From NCBI GenBank assembly GCA_015680685.1, contig MNCI01001941.1, forward strand, positions 1,308 to 65,307: 64,000 nt of DNA. Reading direction: 5' to 3'. The position numbers and the translations under genes are program-made. The DNA is from Gnetum montanum. Its lineage: Eukaryota > Plantae > Gnetophyta. The first letter of the stretch is position 1; each line of letters starts with the position of its first letter. Of the stretch, positions 39,256-52,266 are shown in pieces. The notes below the pieces were generated by a model, which saw only the letters and a program-made list of their open reading frames with translations, was not told the DNA's origin and made no database searches.

Positions 39256-42200
39256 TCAAATGTAGTACAGCTTGAGATATGAGTGATTCATCAAATTTGC
39301 AAACTCGTTACCATCCTTGTCTACCAGCTTGAAGGCCCTATTCCCAAAGGCTTTTATGACCATGTATGAACCTTCCCAATTTGCTGACAATTTGTTCAGA
39401 TGCTCATGGACAACCTTGAGAATGAGGTCTCCCTTTTGTATTGGCCGTTGATGTAGATTTACATGATGTTTTTTTCATTGCTTATTCTGATAGTGCACTA
39501 TGTGACCCAATGTTTGTGCACGCTCCTCCTCTATTGAGTCAAGGTCGATGATCCTCGACTCGTTGTTCTGGGCTTCGCTCATGACATTCGATAGGATCAT
39601 CCAGAGTGATGGCACCTACAACTCAAGAGGTAACATCGCTTTAGATCCATAAACAAGACTATAAGGTGTCTTACCTTCGTAGTCCTACATGTCGTCCTGT
39701 AAGCCCACAGTACATAGAGGATTTGCTCATGCCATTGTCTCTTGTTGTTGTTAAGAATTTTCTTTAGCAAGTTGATGATGGACTTGTTTGTAGCCTCTGC
39801 TTGTCTGCTCACCTACGAGTAATATGGTGAGGAGAATAATTTTTTGATGCCAAGATTACTGCAAAAGGTTCAGGTTTCCGCACTACTAAACTGTGGCCCA
39901 TTATCAGTCACAATAGTCATTGGAAGCCCAAACCTTATCATGATGTTGTCCAAGATGAAGTGGCAAACCTGCTGAGATGTAGTCTTCCTCAAGGGGATAG
40001 TTTCCACCCACTTAGTAAAATACTCAGTGGTGGTGATGATGAAGTTATGCCCCACGGAGGACTTAGGTGTGATAGGTCCTATGAGGTCTAGTCCCCATCG
40101 TTGGAAAGGCCACGTGATCTACATTGGATGTAGCTCTGTAGGTGAAATGTGTATGAGATTTGCATATCATTGGCACGTATCACACATCTTGACTTTGGCC
40201 AGGCAATCATGCTCCATGTGAGGCTAGTAGTACCCTAGATGTCTGATTTTTGTAGCCATAGCCCTAGGTGCTATATGTCCACCACACAGTCCCTCGTGTA
40301 CTTCATTAATCACCTTCTGTGCTTGCTCCTCATTTATGCATGCCAGCCATATCCTGTCATAGGAGCGTTTGCACAGAACATTGTCTCCCATGAGCACATA
40401 TTGCTGAGCATGCTTACAAATCGCATCTCTCTAGGCAGATGTCAATCCGCTTGGGGGCTCGCCATGTTGCAGGTAGGCTTTAATCTTGGCATACCACTCC
40501 TAGGTACTTGCAGCACTGATAGAGGCTACATGTACCACCTAAGTGATAGGCTTCACACACTCGGTAATCGAGGTTGGTAAACTTGCGAACAAGTGTGATG
40601 GAATATTTAACGCTAGGGTGGATAGGGCATCTGCTATGGTGTTTTCGTTGCATCGCACGTGTTGCATGTCTGTTGTTACAAAATTTTTGAGTAGGCTTTT
40701 CACTAAGTCGTAGTAGGGTTGCAGGTGTGTAGCCTTGCAGGCATAGACCTCAATGATTTGATTCACAACTAGTTGTGAATCTCCGCGAATCACCAAGTGT
40801 TGTATGCTTAATGCTTAGGTTGCTAAGAGGCACCTAAGTAACCCCTCATACTCTACCACATTGTTTATACAAGGGAAAAAATGATAAGTAAAAGGATGTA
40901 TTTCCCCAAAGGGGAACGTAATGACAATAGTTGCACTACCCCCTCGTGTGTTTGAGGTGCCGTCGAAATGTAAAGTAGCTTCAAGATGCGATGGGATGGT
41001 GTTGACAGTGCTAACATGTTCATCTGGGAATTCGGGATCTATGATTGTCTGGTCATCGATAGGTGAGGTCATAAGTTGCATTGCTATGGCTGACCTTTCG
41101 TTGACGATTGGCTCACATAATGCAAGTTGAATTCCGTTGTTATTTCTTTCCACCGGGCTATCCTACTGCTTTCATACAGATTGTTTGTGATAGCTCGGAG
41201 TATGTTGCTTTTGCAAATAATGTTAATCTTGCTATGAAATAGGTAGTGTCTCCACTTCTTCAATGCAAACACTAAGGCAAGGTATTTTCTCTCCACCTCA
41301 TTGTATTTTTCTTCATATGCTATCAGTGCATGACTTAGGTAGTACAATGGTATCTCAAAATTGTCATCTCGTTTCTGACATAATAGTGCTGCGATTGACA
41401 TGTCCAAGGTGGCAAGATAGATGAAGAAAGGCTTATCCCTCTGTGGTGGGTAAACAGTTGGGAGGTATAAAAGGTCTTTCTTCAGATCATTAAAGGCTTG
41501 TTGGCATTGTGGTGTCCATTCAAAGTTAACCCCTTTATTCAGTAGTTGTTGCATAGGGTGTAACTTGTTGGTTAATTATGCTATAAACCTTCTAATGAAC
41601 TGTACTCTACCTTGTAACCCACATAATTCCTTAAGATTTGTAGGTGGCACCAGGTTAACGATGGCCTTGACTTTGTCAGGGTCCACTCATATTCTAGCCT
41701 TTGATACTACAAACCCTAACATGCGTCCAGTTCTTACCTTGAAGACACTTTTTAGGATTGAGGTGTAAATTGCGCATTTGGAAACACTTGATGACTACAC
41801 CTAGATCATTGGGATGATCAAAGACTTCTTTATATTTCACCGCTATGTCATCCACATAATCGTTCAGCGTTTCTAAAATGTAGTTGCTAAAGATGTAAGT
41901 CATGGCTCGCTGGTAGGTTGCTCCAGCGTTCTTGAGCCCAAAAGGCATCATAGTGTAACAAAAGGTACCCCATGTGGTCATGAAGGTTGTTACCTGATGC
42001 TCTGGGTTAATGTGAATTTGGTTGTAGCTGGAGAAACCATCCATGAAGGATAACAGAGCATAACCAACCGTAGTGTCAATGAGTTGATCGATACTCGAAA
42101 GTTGGAAATTTTCTTTGATCATTGCCTTGTTCAGATCTCGGAAGTCTATATAGATTTGTATTCCTCCCATTTTCTTAGAAACTACAACAATGTTAAACAA

Positions 42201-42727
42201 CCATTCTGAATAATCAACTTCCTGGATGAAACCAACCTCATATAGCTTGGTGATTTCATCCTGTACGGCCAGTGCAATCTCTGGTTTAACCTTGCGAGCC
42301 TTCTACTTAACTGCTTTCATGCACGGGTCTAAGACGATGTTGTGATGTATCAACCTTGGGTCTAAACCTGGCATGTCGCTATATGACCATGTAAAGACTT
42401 CAATGTTATCTTTCAAAATTTTGGCTACATCTTTGTGCATCTTTGAATCTAGTAGGGAACTATGTTTCAATGTTTTTATCTTCCCCCTAGATGTGGTCAT
42501 AGGCATTTCGATGAGAGGGTCCTCAGTTACATCCTCGACCTCTAAATCTAGGGCTTGGACCAGATGCTCAGGCTAGTCTAGGGATGCTTCTAAGGATGCT
42601 ATGGTGCTAACTACAAGTGATTCCTGGTCCATTAGCTATGGGTTCAGTTGTCTAGCGAGTTTGCCATGTGGACCTACTAAAGCTAAAGGTGAAGGGAGAT
42701 CATGATGGATTTCCATTCTTGCTCAAC
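39256..42727 (-). pseudogene. pol: Element C RT-RH-aRH-integrase
   Basis: WSYSDMPGLDPRLIHHNI; DFRDLNKA; FMDGFSSYNQI; MPFGLKNAGATYQRAM; DYVDDI; RH PFFIYLA; aRH LHFDG...NNVVEYEGLL...GDSQLVVNQ; INT EYFTKWVE...DNGPQF. Confidence 0.97.
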
Positions 42728-42822
42728 CTACCAAAATGAGATGAAATTCTATTCATTTGAAAAGTAGCAATGAAATATAAGCAATAGAGATAAAAGGAAA
42801 GTATGATAGAAAGCTTAAGATT

Positions 42823-43290
42823 TGCCAGTTTAAGGTTGTGGCGGACTGCCTGGAAGTAAAAATGCAAAAATGCTAGTGTAAAAATGCAAAAACGCTAATG
42901 TAAAAATGTGAAAGCTACTAGTTTAACATCTTTGTAGACTTCCAATAGGTTAGAGTACTAATTTAAGGTCATTGCGGACCACTAGAATGAAAAATTTGTA
43001 AAGTGCTAGTTTAAGGTCTTTACGGACTGCCTAGACATAAAAATACAAAATTGCTAGTATAAAGAATGGAAAACTGCTATTGTAAAAATGCAAAACTGCT
43101 GGTGTAAAAATGTGAAACTATTAGTTTAATGTCATTGCTAACTGCCAACAAGTAAAAGGTCAAAATTGCTAGTTTAAGGTCTTTGTGGACCACTAACTAG
43201 ATTGAAACTATGCATTAAAATTGCTAGTTTAAGATCTTTACGAACAGCTAACAAGATATTTTTGTGAAGGCAAACAGCTAGTTTGAAGCA
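42823..43290. repeat. Tandem array with GCTAGTTTAAGGTC core at the RT-proximal end of C's spacer
   Basis: Repeated gctagtttaaggtc and gtaaaaatgcaaaa subunits. Confidence 0.8.
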
Positions 43291-43427
43291 TGTCAAGGCT
43301 TTTCATCCAAGCCCACCTGTCTTAATGCGAACAGTGCTACTACTTCGTGGCAGGCATGCTACGCTGCACGGAATACTCCACATTAAATGGGAAGAGAGAA
43401 TGACAAGTTTCCTTTTCACCATTGCAG

Positions 43428-43438
43428 CTATAAATAGG
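43428..43438 (+). promoter_or_regulatory. TATA box of the internal antisense promoter
   Basis: CTATAAATAGG, ~135 bp upstream of ATG 43568, in a relatively CpG-rich stretch. Confidence 0.6.
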
Positions 43439-43567
43439 GATTAACCCCTGGTAAACTCGTCATTTTCACCATAATAGTGCAAAGCCCACATTCGAAACGC
43501 AAAGCGTTTGTGCCAATAGAGAGCAAGGTGATTCGATGTAGCAACGAAAAAGAAGTTGCCAAGCGAG

Positions 43568-46500
43568 ATGATGGCTTCCAGGAAAGAACACAAACACCTG
43601 GCACTCACCAAGGTCAATGAAGGCGTGTGTCGCAGGCACGCGTCACGGTTCGAGAGGAGACACCGTTGGCCCGATAGGCATGCTATGCTTCCTCTATTTT
43701 TCCTATGCCTCTATTATTATTTTTTCTTTTCTTGTTTTTGTTTCTGCAATTTGTTTTAGCTATCTATGTTTTTTTGTCATCCTATTATTGTTTTTTTGGC
43801 CCTTACAGCATCACTATTGTCGTTTCGGCCACGATGGATGTACGAACACTACACTAAGGTTGCATGCAATGTCGCCTAGATCACCATCGCTGCGGTTGCC
43901 ATTTCCTTAAAGGCTTGAAAAATTTGAGCCACTGGCATGCAAATAGTGTAGCGTACAATCCTCAAGAGGGTTTGGCCATGTGTGTGATGTGACAAAGTAA
44001 CATGTGTTCTATCATGGTGTGATGCTACTCGCTTTTTTAGGCTAATTTGTTGAACGAATGCAGTGTATCAAATTCTTCTTTGTTTAAAGATACACCTTTA
44101 GTTTTGTTTTTGCTACACCAAGCTAACTTTGCTACACTATTGCATTCATATTTTTTGCTACGCTATGTGTATGAAGAGAATTGTGCTATGCTATTTGCTA
44201 AAAATGCTAGTTTTGCTACGCTATATGTGCATTCCACTCAGACATGGTGTTAACATTTGTTATTGTGTTGTGTAGGGTAGCGCTAAGGCCAATTTTGATT
44301 ATCCTAGAAATCGTCAGGGTCCTGTGCTGTGTGAGAGAACTAGTGGCCAATGTTCCTCCACCCCATACACATGTGGGATAGCAGGCGGTCTGGTTCTAGG
44401 AGGGAGCGCATGAGTTCTTGCAATTTCTCCTCCAACGCTTCAGTGTGATCGTTTGGTCACACCTAGCGGAGGNACATGAGTTCTTGCAATTTCTCCTCCA
44501 ATGCTTCAGTGTGATCGTTTGGTCACACCTAGCGGAGGAGGTAGTGGCCACTATAACAAAAACCCTATTGCCTAGGGCAAATCAAGGTATTCTGAGATTT
44601 TTGAGGGATGGAGCAATTAGCAGCGGGCAAGGAGAAGGATCGAGTCAGCACTTTAGAAATTTGAGGTGTCTGTCCTAGATCTAGGAGATGCCTGAGTATA
44701 ATTACTACCATCCCTACAACACCTTGTTTATTGCAAGGGACATGGGAACGTGCTTCCAAAACCCACCAGAAATCATTTACAGTGCTAGTGGGTGAGTTTT
44801 GTAGCCATGTTCCGCTACACTATGCAATGTTCGCTACACTAGCCAAATGTTAACAGTATCTTTTTGTTACCAGGTTTTTCATCAACAAGAATGGGCTTCA
44901 CTATGATACGGATGTGTTGACCTTAGCATAGATGGCGCTGCGGGAGTTTTCTTCTGCTGAGAATATGCGCACAGGTGTGATAGGCCAATGCAGGGGTGAA
45001 TACAAAACCTACCCAACTTTATATTTCAGACTCTATGACAGATGTAAGGAATTTGGTTGGTTGGATGAGGGATGGGCACCCTTTAAACCAATCACCATTG
45101 AAGATTTCTTGGTTAATCTTCCACCATTCCCATCACCATTTAAACCTGGTAAGCTAAACAGTAAGTTACTGCATGTTCAAGTGTCATTCCCATTTTTTCT
45201 GCTATTTGTGCTTTACCTAACTTTTTTTTGCCTTTTTTTCCTTTTTGATTTTTTTTATTTTTGTGTTAATTTCTATAGGGGTGAAGAAGTCCCAGGAGGT
45301 GATGCTGATTACCTTTGGGAACCATGAGACCAACATCTATGTCAAATACAAGGAGGTAGATGAGAGCCAACATTGGATATGCAGCATGGCCTCAGAATCC
45401 CTGATCAAGGACCTTCAAGATGCTTGGCTCATGGATTTGTTCTTAACCCCAACTCCAAGCGTCCCTACTACTGAGATGCTCACCCTAGCGAACTCCTTTT
45501 CCGAAAAGGTTGATTGCTTCCGCACACATCTACACGATGTGCAGGTGGTCCTTGAAATCAAAGACCAACTATTCGTGGACCTTTTCGATGTCCCTACTGA
45601 TGGCCTCCCTATAGGGTTAAAGACCAAGAAAGAGGTGAACCGTCAGAGGGAGGACATTGAGGAGTGGCTAAGGGTTGCAAAAGGATGAAAGGGGATCCTC
45701 ATGAAGAAGGTTAAGCCAAGAGCTGCCAAAGATTTTTATCCTATCTTCCGTGCCTGTGCCTTCCCCCAGCTACTTTCCTAAGAAAAGGTCATTGGGATTG
45801 AGCAAGCTTGGGTGATGTGGGAGGTCATGGAAGAGGGGGCTTGCTATAACTAGGCTAGGCATATGTGCAAGGGCCTGCAAACTAAAATGGTCAAACTTTA
45901 TAATAAGCAAGAGTCCCATTTCAACATGCGCTATGCCTTTAACATAGCCTACTTGTGGTGTTTTGCAAAGTTTTTGGTAGATGTGAGAATGGAGTCTGGG
46001 TTGTGCGAGATCGTAACCAGATTTCCAAACCATGGATTTTCCAAATCCTCTGGACCACCCGAGCCCAAGATCGCCTAGAAGCTATTGGGGATTCATTTTC
46101 TATGAGAACTAAGGATTGAGTGGCCCATAAAGTTCGTGGCTAGGATAGCATGGAAGAGGCGCCACCTGCTACTACATGTAGCATATCATAGGGGAAATGT
46201 CTCATCGCCAAAACAGTGTCCACTAAGTTGTAGCGAAAGAGGCCTCGTCTAGCTAAGGATACCCTCTGTACGGAAGAAGAAGAGGGGTGGATACTACAGT
46301 TCAAGCTACACAAGATGCAACCCCCCATTGGTAAATTCTTTTGCTTATGTTTATTTCTTCGCCTATTCTGTTAATGCTTGCTACGCTAAGCAGCATAGCA
46401 TAGCGTAGCACCTACTTTAAGGTAACTTTCCTTAAGCTAATGTGAATACGTCTTTGCTATCAAAGGAAGAAGAAGAAGACAAAGACGACAAAGAAGTGTC

Positions 46501-48297
46501 GGCCTCCAAAATGGGGGTGGCTAATGAAGACGCAAAGGCCCTAGCCACCAAGAAAAGGGCCCTAGTCAAGAGAGAAGAAGGGTCCCCCATCACAAGGGAA
46601 GGGGGTCCCGTCAACAAGGAAGATGCTCCTACTAAAGAGGAGGACATTTTTGACGATGAAGAGGATGCTGGGGTCTTACAAAGAAAGGCCCCGGTTAATA
46701 AAGAAGAAGCCCACATCAATCGAGAAGGGACTTCTGTTAGAGATCCCTTTGCTGAATGCAATTTAGCATTGGGGGAGCAGACGAATGCTAAGGGTACTGC
46801 CATAGTTTTGAGCTAGAAAGGAGGGGAGCTATAATTAGATGCTGGTGAGTTTGAAAATATATTCAACGATATGTCGATGGGTGATCCCCCCGTTATCACC
46901 CCCAAGGATTTACTGGGTAGGAGCCCTTATACTGTCGTTCATGTTACTCATAGCTTTATTGCAGTCCATCTCAGTCATTACTGACACATTTGGTTGTATG
47001 ACAAAAATCATTGTTAATACTACAAGACCTCCTCTGATTCACCTAGAACCATGGGCCAAGACCCCCGACAAGCTTACATTCATGTAAGGGGTTGTCGATG
47101 ACATGATCGGCTGCCTCAGACAGGTCGATCCTGAAGTGAGTAAGTAAAGTAGCTCCGCTAGGCTTTTTGAGGTTGCTACGCTAGACTTCTTGAGTTGCTG
47201 ACTTTGCTACACTAGTGTGACTAATGCGATCTTTGTGTGGTCATAGCCTCTTAACTCAAGTGGGACTCAACACGGGCATTGAAAGTCAGCGTCATGCCTA
47301 CATTCCCACTTGAAGTGGCCGAGGTGCCTTGTCACATATATGATGAGGCAAGCAAATGCACTTTGCACTCAACATGCTCCTTGTGGGAGTGTAGGCGCAT
47401 CAATGAGAACCTATGGAAATGGGTCCAAAAGGCTAAGAAAGAGAAGGCTGAATTGAGCACCGAAGTGGGAGACCTCAAATCTAGAAATGAGTTTCTCCTA
47501 GCTCGTGATACCAATGATGGTAGTTGGCGCATGGTTGTCATAGATTATGCTAGATACTGGATAGTTGTGCGGCATAACAATGAGGCCACCTAGAAGATAA
47601 TAGAACAACAGATGCAGATGGACTTGTTGGCTCAGAAGAACCAAGACTAGAAATACTACAGTGCCAGATTTTATGAGTGGGCGTAGTCCTAGAAAAACCA
47701 TAAACATATGTATAAACTGGAATGTGCCACCTACTGCAAACTATAGAAGGATTCTTCTATGGAGACGTTTACTTATAAAGCATTGGTAAATGTCATTAGC
47801 ACTTCTGAGGCCTATAATAAGTTCATGGAGTAGGTAAAGGTCACTGAATCTCCTACACATGAAGTGGATCTTCCCACAGGTGAGACTACTACCACCTTCT
47901 TTTCTCTGGGACCGCCGAGATGGATGGCCATCGAAAAGGAGAAAGCTGCTACAGATGCTAAACCAACTGATAGGCATTGGGAAAATATCATGGAAGAGGA
48001 GGTCTGGCACTACCTCAGGCTCAATTTGAATTGCATACCCTTCGAGCCAGATGCAAGGCCATCTCAGGTTAGTCACTTTCTGCTATGGAAAAGGCTTATG
48101 CTCTATTCTAGCTTTCATGTCTTGTTCTAGCTAACTACTTCACTTCTACCATGCAAGTTCCAAGTGAAGATGCAGGGCCTATAGAGGGTGGAAATGAAGA
48201 GGCAGAAGAAGGCAATGCAAAGGAAGATGACATGGAAGGAAACAATGCGGAAGGCAACAATGTTGATGAAGACGATGCAGGCGAAGATGACCTATGA
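43568..48297 (+). pseudogene. Antisense multi-exon accessory gene of element C (FCP1/NIF-like HAD domain, helical domain, coiled coil, acidic tail)
   Basis: Exons 43568-43677, 44276-44791, 44874-45148, 45279-46330, 46437-~46915, ~46964-47135, ~47248-48067 and 48157-48297. Short T-rich introns, phase-compatible where checked. Stops mostly TAG/TGA/TAA, consistent with methyl-C decay. Confidence 0.8.
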
Positions 48298-48463
48298 CAG
48301 CATGGGTTTTTGAAATTTTGAATTTTTGCAAAACTATTGCAAACATTGTTTGATGGAAAAAATTTTAATGAAGGAAGAAAATTTTGAAAGAAAATTGGTC
48401 TTATGCTAGCTTATACATTATCTATGTGATCAATTTTATGTTATGTTTTCATTTTTTATGTTT

Positions 48464-48710
48464 TAGTTTTAGGCCATTTCAGGCCATTGTTGGTTTTAGG
48501 CCATTTTGGGCCCATGCTAGTTTTAGGCCATTTCAAGCCATCAAACGTGATGAAAATAGAAGTCTTGCCAGTTTTAGGCCATTTCGGGCCATCGCTAGTT
48601 TTAGGCCATTTCGGGCCTTCACTAGTTTTAGGTCATTTCGGGCCATCGCTAGTTTTAGGCCCTTTCGGGCCATCGGATAGTAGCATAGTTTAGGCCATTT
48701 TAGGCCATGG
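48464..48710. repeat. 27-bp tandem array (GCTAGTTTTAGGCCATTTCGGGCCATC) at the protease-proximal end of C's spacer
   Basis: About 8 near-identical units. Confidence 0.9.
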
Positions 48711-48829
48711 CATGGTAAAGAAATGATATGCTAATGATTTAGAGAAAAACTAATTAGTACCTATCATAGATGAATGGACGCAAAACAAAAACGCGGTAAA
48801 TGTACAAAGGATGCCAACTGGGCAAGAAG

Positions 48830-51800
48830 TAGTGGGGCTATTACGCTATACGTAATTGCTTCTTGACCCATCGTGGATTGAGCGAGGCTTAAGGCCAAGA
48901 CACTTTGCTACGATCTTCATCTATGTTGTTGTCCTCTACTTGGAAGGGCAACTCAGTCCACGCATTTTCATTTTTTGAACCGGCATGTTGAGCTGGCTCT
49001 TTTACTATATGGTTAGCATCTACAAAGACAGTCGCTTCATTCTCAAAGGTTACGACCTCTTAGCCCTATTCCATATCTATGTTGTTGATATCTTGTGTCA
49101 CTACCTCATCACCATGGATTACCACCTCCCTACATGCATAGGGTATATGGATCTCCTGATGTATGGGCGAAGAGACATCTTGAAGTTGCGCTAACCATGA
49201 CCTCCCCAAGATCAAGTTAAACCTGGGCATCTCTTCAACCATGATGAACGTTGCATTTGTGGAGAACTGGTCCCCTAATATGAAGTTAATATGGACCATG
49301 CCTTTTACCACGACCCATGCCCCATTGAAAGACTTTAAGGATGACATTATTGTGGATCTGATCTGGTTGACCAAACCTAGCTTATCCACAATAGGGAAAG
49401 GGATGACATTTGTGGCAGCTCCATCATCAATGTGTACCCTTCAGATCTTATGTTGGCCAACCTGAATTATGATGAAAAGAGGTGTTATAGTCACCTGACC
49501 CTTTTCAGGGCCTTCCCTAATGGAATCATTGCAAAAAGTCAGTTGGAATAGCTTTGGTTCTGTAGGTGCAGAAGGAAGCATAACCGAATGTATCACCTTC
49601 TCTTCCGCTGGCATGTTCTCGTCAACCAAAATTACTATTAAAATGTGGACCAAAGCCTTACAGTGTGCAGTAGATGTCATGATCAGGTTGTACAAGCTCA
49701 ATGTAGTGTTTTTCTATTTTAGAGCTTGCTTGACCTGGATGAGGGCACTCAAAAGGTCTTGGCCACCTTCCTATTTACTACCTTCCTCCTCTTCTATTTG
49801 TCCCAAAAGATGAATTTCCTGAGGGGTAGTTTTGGATCTAGGTTTAGACTCTCTTGGGCGAAGTGGTAAAGAATGTGCATGCATAGCAACGTTATCCTTC
49901 TGCGATGAGGGCATAGATGCAGGGGGTGAGAGCGTAGGCTTGGAAGCACCTGGGGCAATACTTTCCTTTGACGTCTCACCTATGAAATGCACTTCCAATT
50001 TCTTAGAGCAAGAACACTGTAAAGTTTTCTAATGCGGGGTGGGGGCTTTTGGATGGCTTGACTCCCTGATAACGAATGGAGCTAATGATGTTAGTGTATG
50101 TGATGGTGGTGTAGCTTTGCTAATAGGTGGTGCAGGGGCAGATGCCCAGGGAACAGGTGGTGTAAGGGGAGATGTTCGAGGAGGGACTCTCAAGACAAAA
50201 GGTTGCTACAGGTTTTGGTTAGCTTCTTGTGGTAATAATGTACTACACTGAGGCACGTGGACCACAAATAGCTACTAAGGTGGTCTAGGATTAACTTTAA
50301 CACTGATGGTGTTGATAATGTAACCGGCGTTGTTGGCATTGAGAGGATTAGTGTAGACATGCAAGGATTGATTCTCAGGACGTACTGGATTACTTTTTTC
50401 TAGCACCAATTTTTCTTGATCGATCATCCTTTTGATATCGTCCTTCAATACCCTACAGTAATCTATGTCATGACCACACTATTGATTGTAGTCACAGAAC
50501 CGCTCTAGCTTGAAACCCTTAGGAACTGGGGGCTTGTTGGGCAAAGCCAATGAGGGGTTCTTGAGGAGTTCACAGTACCAATGGTGCTTCCTGGCTCCCT
50601 CTTCCAACATCCTCTTGTGTTGGACGTACCTCGTCACTAGTAATTGCTTCAGAAGATCTGAAGGCTTGATAGGCAACGGGGTATACTTGAGCGATCTTTA
50701 CGCTCAAAGTTTGATTTAGGTGGTGCGGATGTAGAATGTTGAGGTGTGTTGCCCTATTTGGACATGGGGGTAGTTATAGGTGCGGCCGATTTTTTGTTGT
50801 TCTTGTTACTGTTGTTGGGTTTGGCTTCGTTGGCCATAATGGCCACTATGGCTGTTGCAGCCTTACCTTTGTCCTTGTCCTTTTTTGTGAAGGTGTTCTT
50901 GTATGCAATGTAGGCTAGGTATTTGCTTGCCTTAGTGGCATCCTGTATACTCTTAGTCTAGGCAAAAGCCTAACTGAGAGTGCACAGAGCAAGATAATAC
51001 AGCTTAGACTTAATAAAATCATTCACTGCACCCTTAAATATGGCCAGCAAGTGGGCCTTCGCAATGGGCTTGCGGATTTCATTAAGGGTTGCACTCCAGC
51101 ATTGGATGAACTTCTGGACTAGTTCCAGCGGATCTTATTTTACACTCATCAACTGATCCAGCGTGACCTCTGGCCTCAAGTTGTATTTGAAATGCATTAC
51201 GAACTGGGTCAGAAGCTCCTTTAGGGTTGAGATGGAGGACCGTGGAAGTGCATGGTACCAATCTAGGGCTTTTCCGGTCAGAGACATGGCAAAGAAAAGA
51301 ATGATCATGTGTGGCCATTTTTGTAGAAGAAGGGACTTAGACCTAAATGTAACAAGATGTGCATTGGGATCCCCCTCCCCATTGTATTTCATGAAATGAG
51401 GGAGTGACATCCCTAGGTGTAACGTTAGTGCAGGGACTTCCAGGCTGATGGGATCTTCCTGGTAGAAGTTCATGACTTGTACTATATCAAACCCGATAGC
51501 CTTGAGGTATTTTATTTTCTCAGTAAGGGTCTGGATAAGCTAGAACACGTGATCCAGACTTGGGGATGATGTAGGCGTTTGGGGAACCACTGGGGCATCT
51601 CCCATCTGCGGAATGGTAGGGGCAGCAACGTGACCCATCGGTTGTGCCATTGGGATGGCCCCTGTGAACTATGTTGCTTGTGGCGTCCACACCCGATAGG
51701 TGGTGCTGTTGTAGCAGCAACTGAGGGTTGCGCTACGGGGTGGACCATTTGCGTGGCTGGTGGGATAGACCAAAGTCCCGCACTAGGTTGTACCATTTGT

Positions 51801-52234
51801 AGGGCTTGGTAGGTCTGATGGCAAACATAATGAGACATCTGTGATGATAGCGTAGAAAGAGGAGAAGTGAATGGGGTCCACCATGTGGATGGGCGTGGGC
51901 CCACGGCTAATGGTGGGATAGGTGTAAACGTAGGAATGGAAGCAGAAGCTACACAGGACTACGAGATAGGTACTATGTGAACGTGTGGCAAGGTAGCCAT
52001 GATTGGTGCATGATGGGATGCAGGAATGGATTGATGAACAGTTTGTGAAGGAAGAGTAGCTGAGAATGAAATAGGGGAATAGGGGCGTTGATACGTCGAG
52101 GACATGACATGGCTACCCATTGGTGATGTAATCAAGGGTTGCGACAACGTAGGCGTGAACACGAAGGAAGTGGCAGTAGATAACGGGTTCATCCAGAAAG
52201 ATAGGATAGGAGGGATGGTGCTAGGGTTGGTTTG

Positions 52235-52266
<32 letters not shown>

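Noticed and set aside
44408-44538. 66-bp in-frame duplication in the phosphatase-like exon
   Set aside because: Near-identical copies flank a single N (44473) and the B homologue lacks it; typical scaffolding overlap artefact.
43568-48297. Intact host gene lying between two separate retroelement fragments
   Set aside because: It is enclosed by one LTR pair with a perfect TSD, recurs at the same position in element B, and has decayed like the surrounding element.
48384-48693. Repeat proteins (SFRPFRAIA)n or (LVLGHFGPS)n, or a CRISPR-like array
   Set aside because: These are translations of a 27-bp head-to-tail repeat. There are no unique spacers or cas genes, and the context is eukaryotic.
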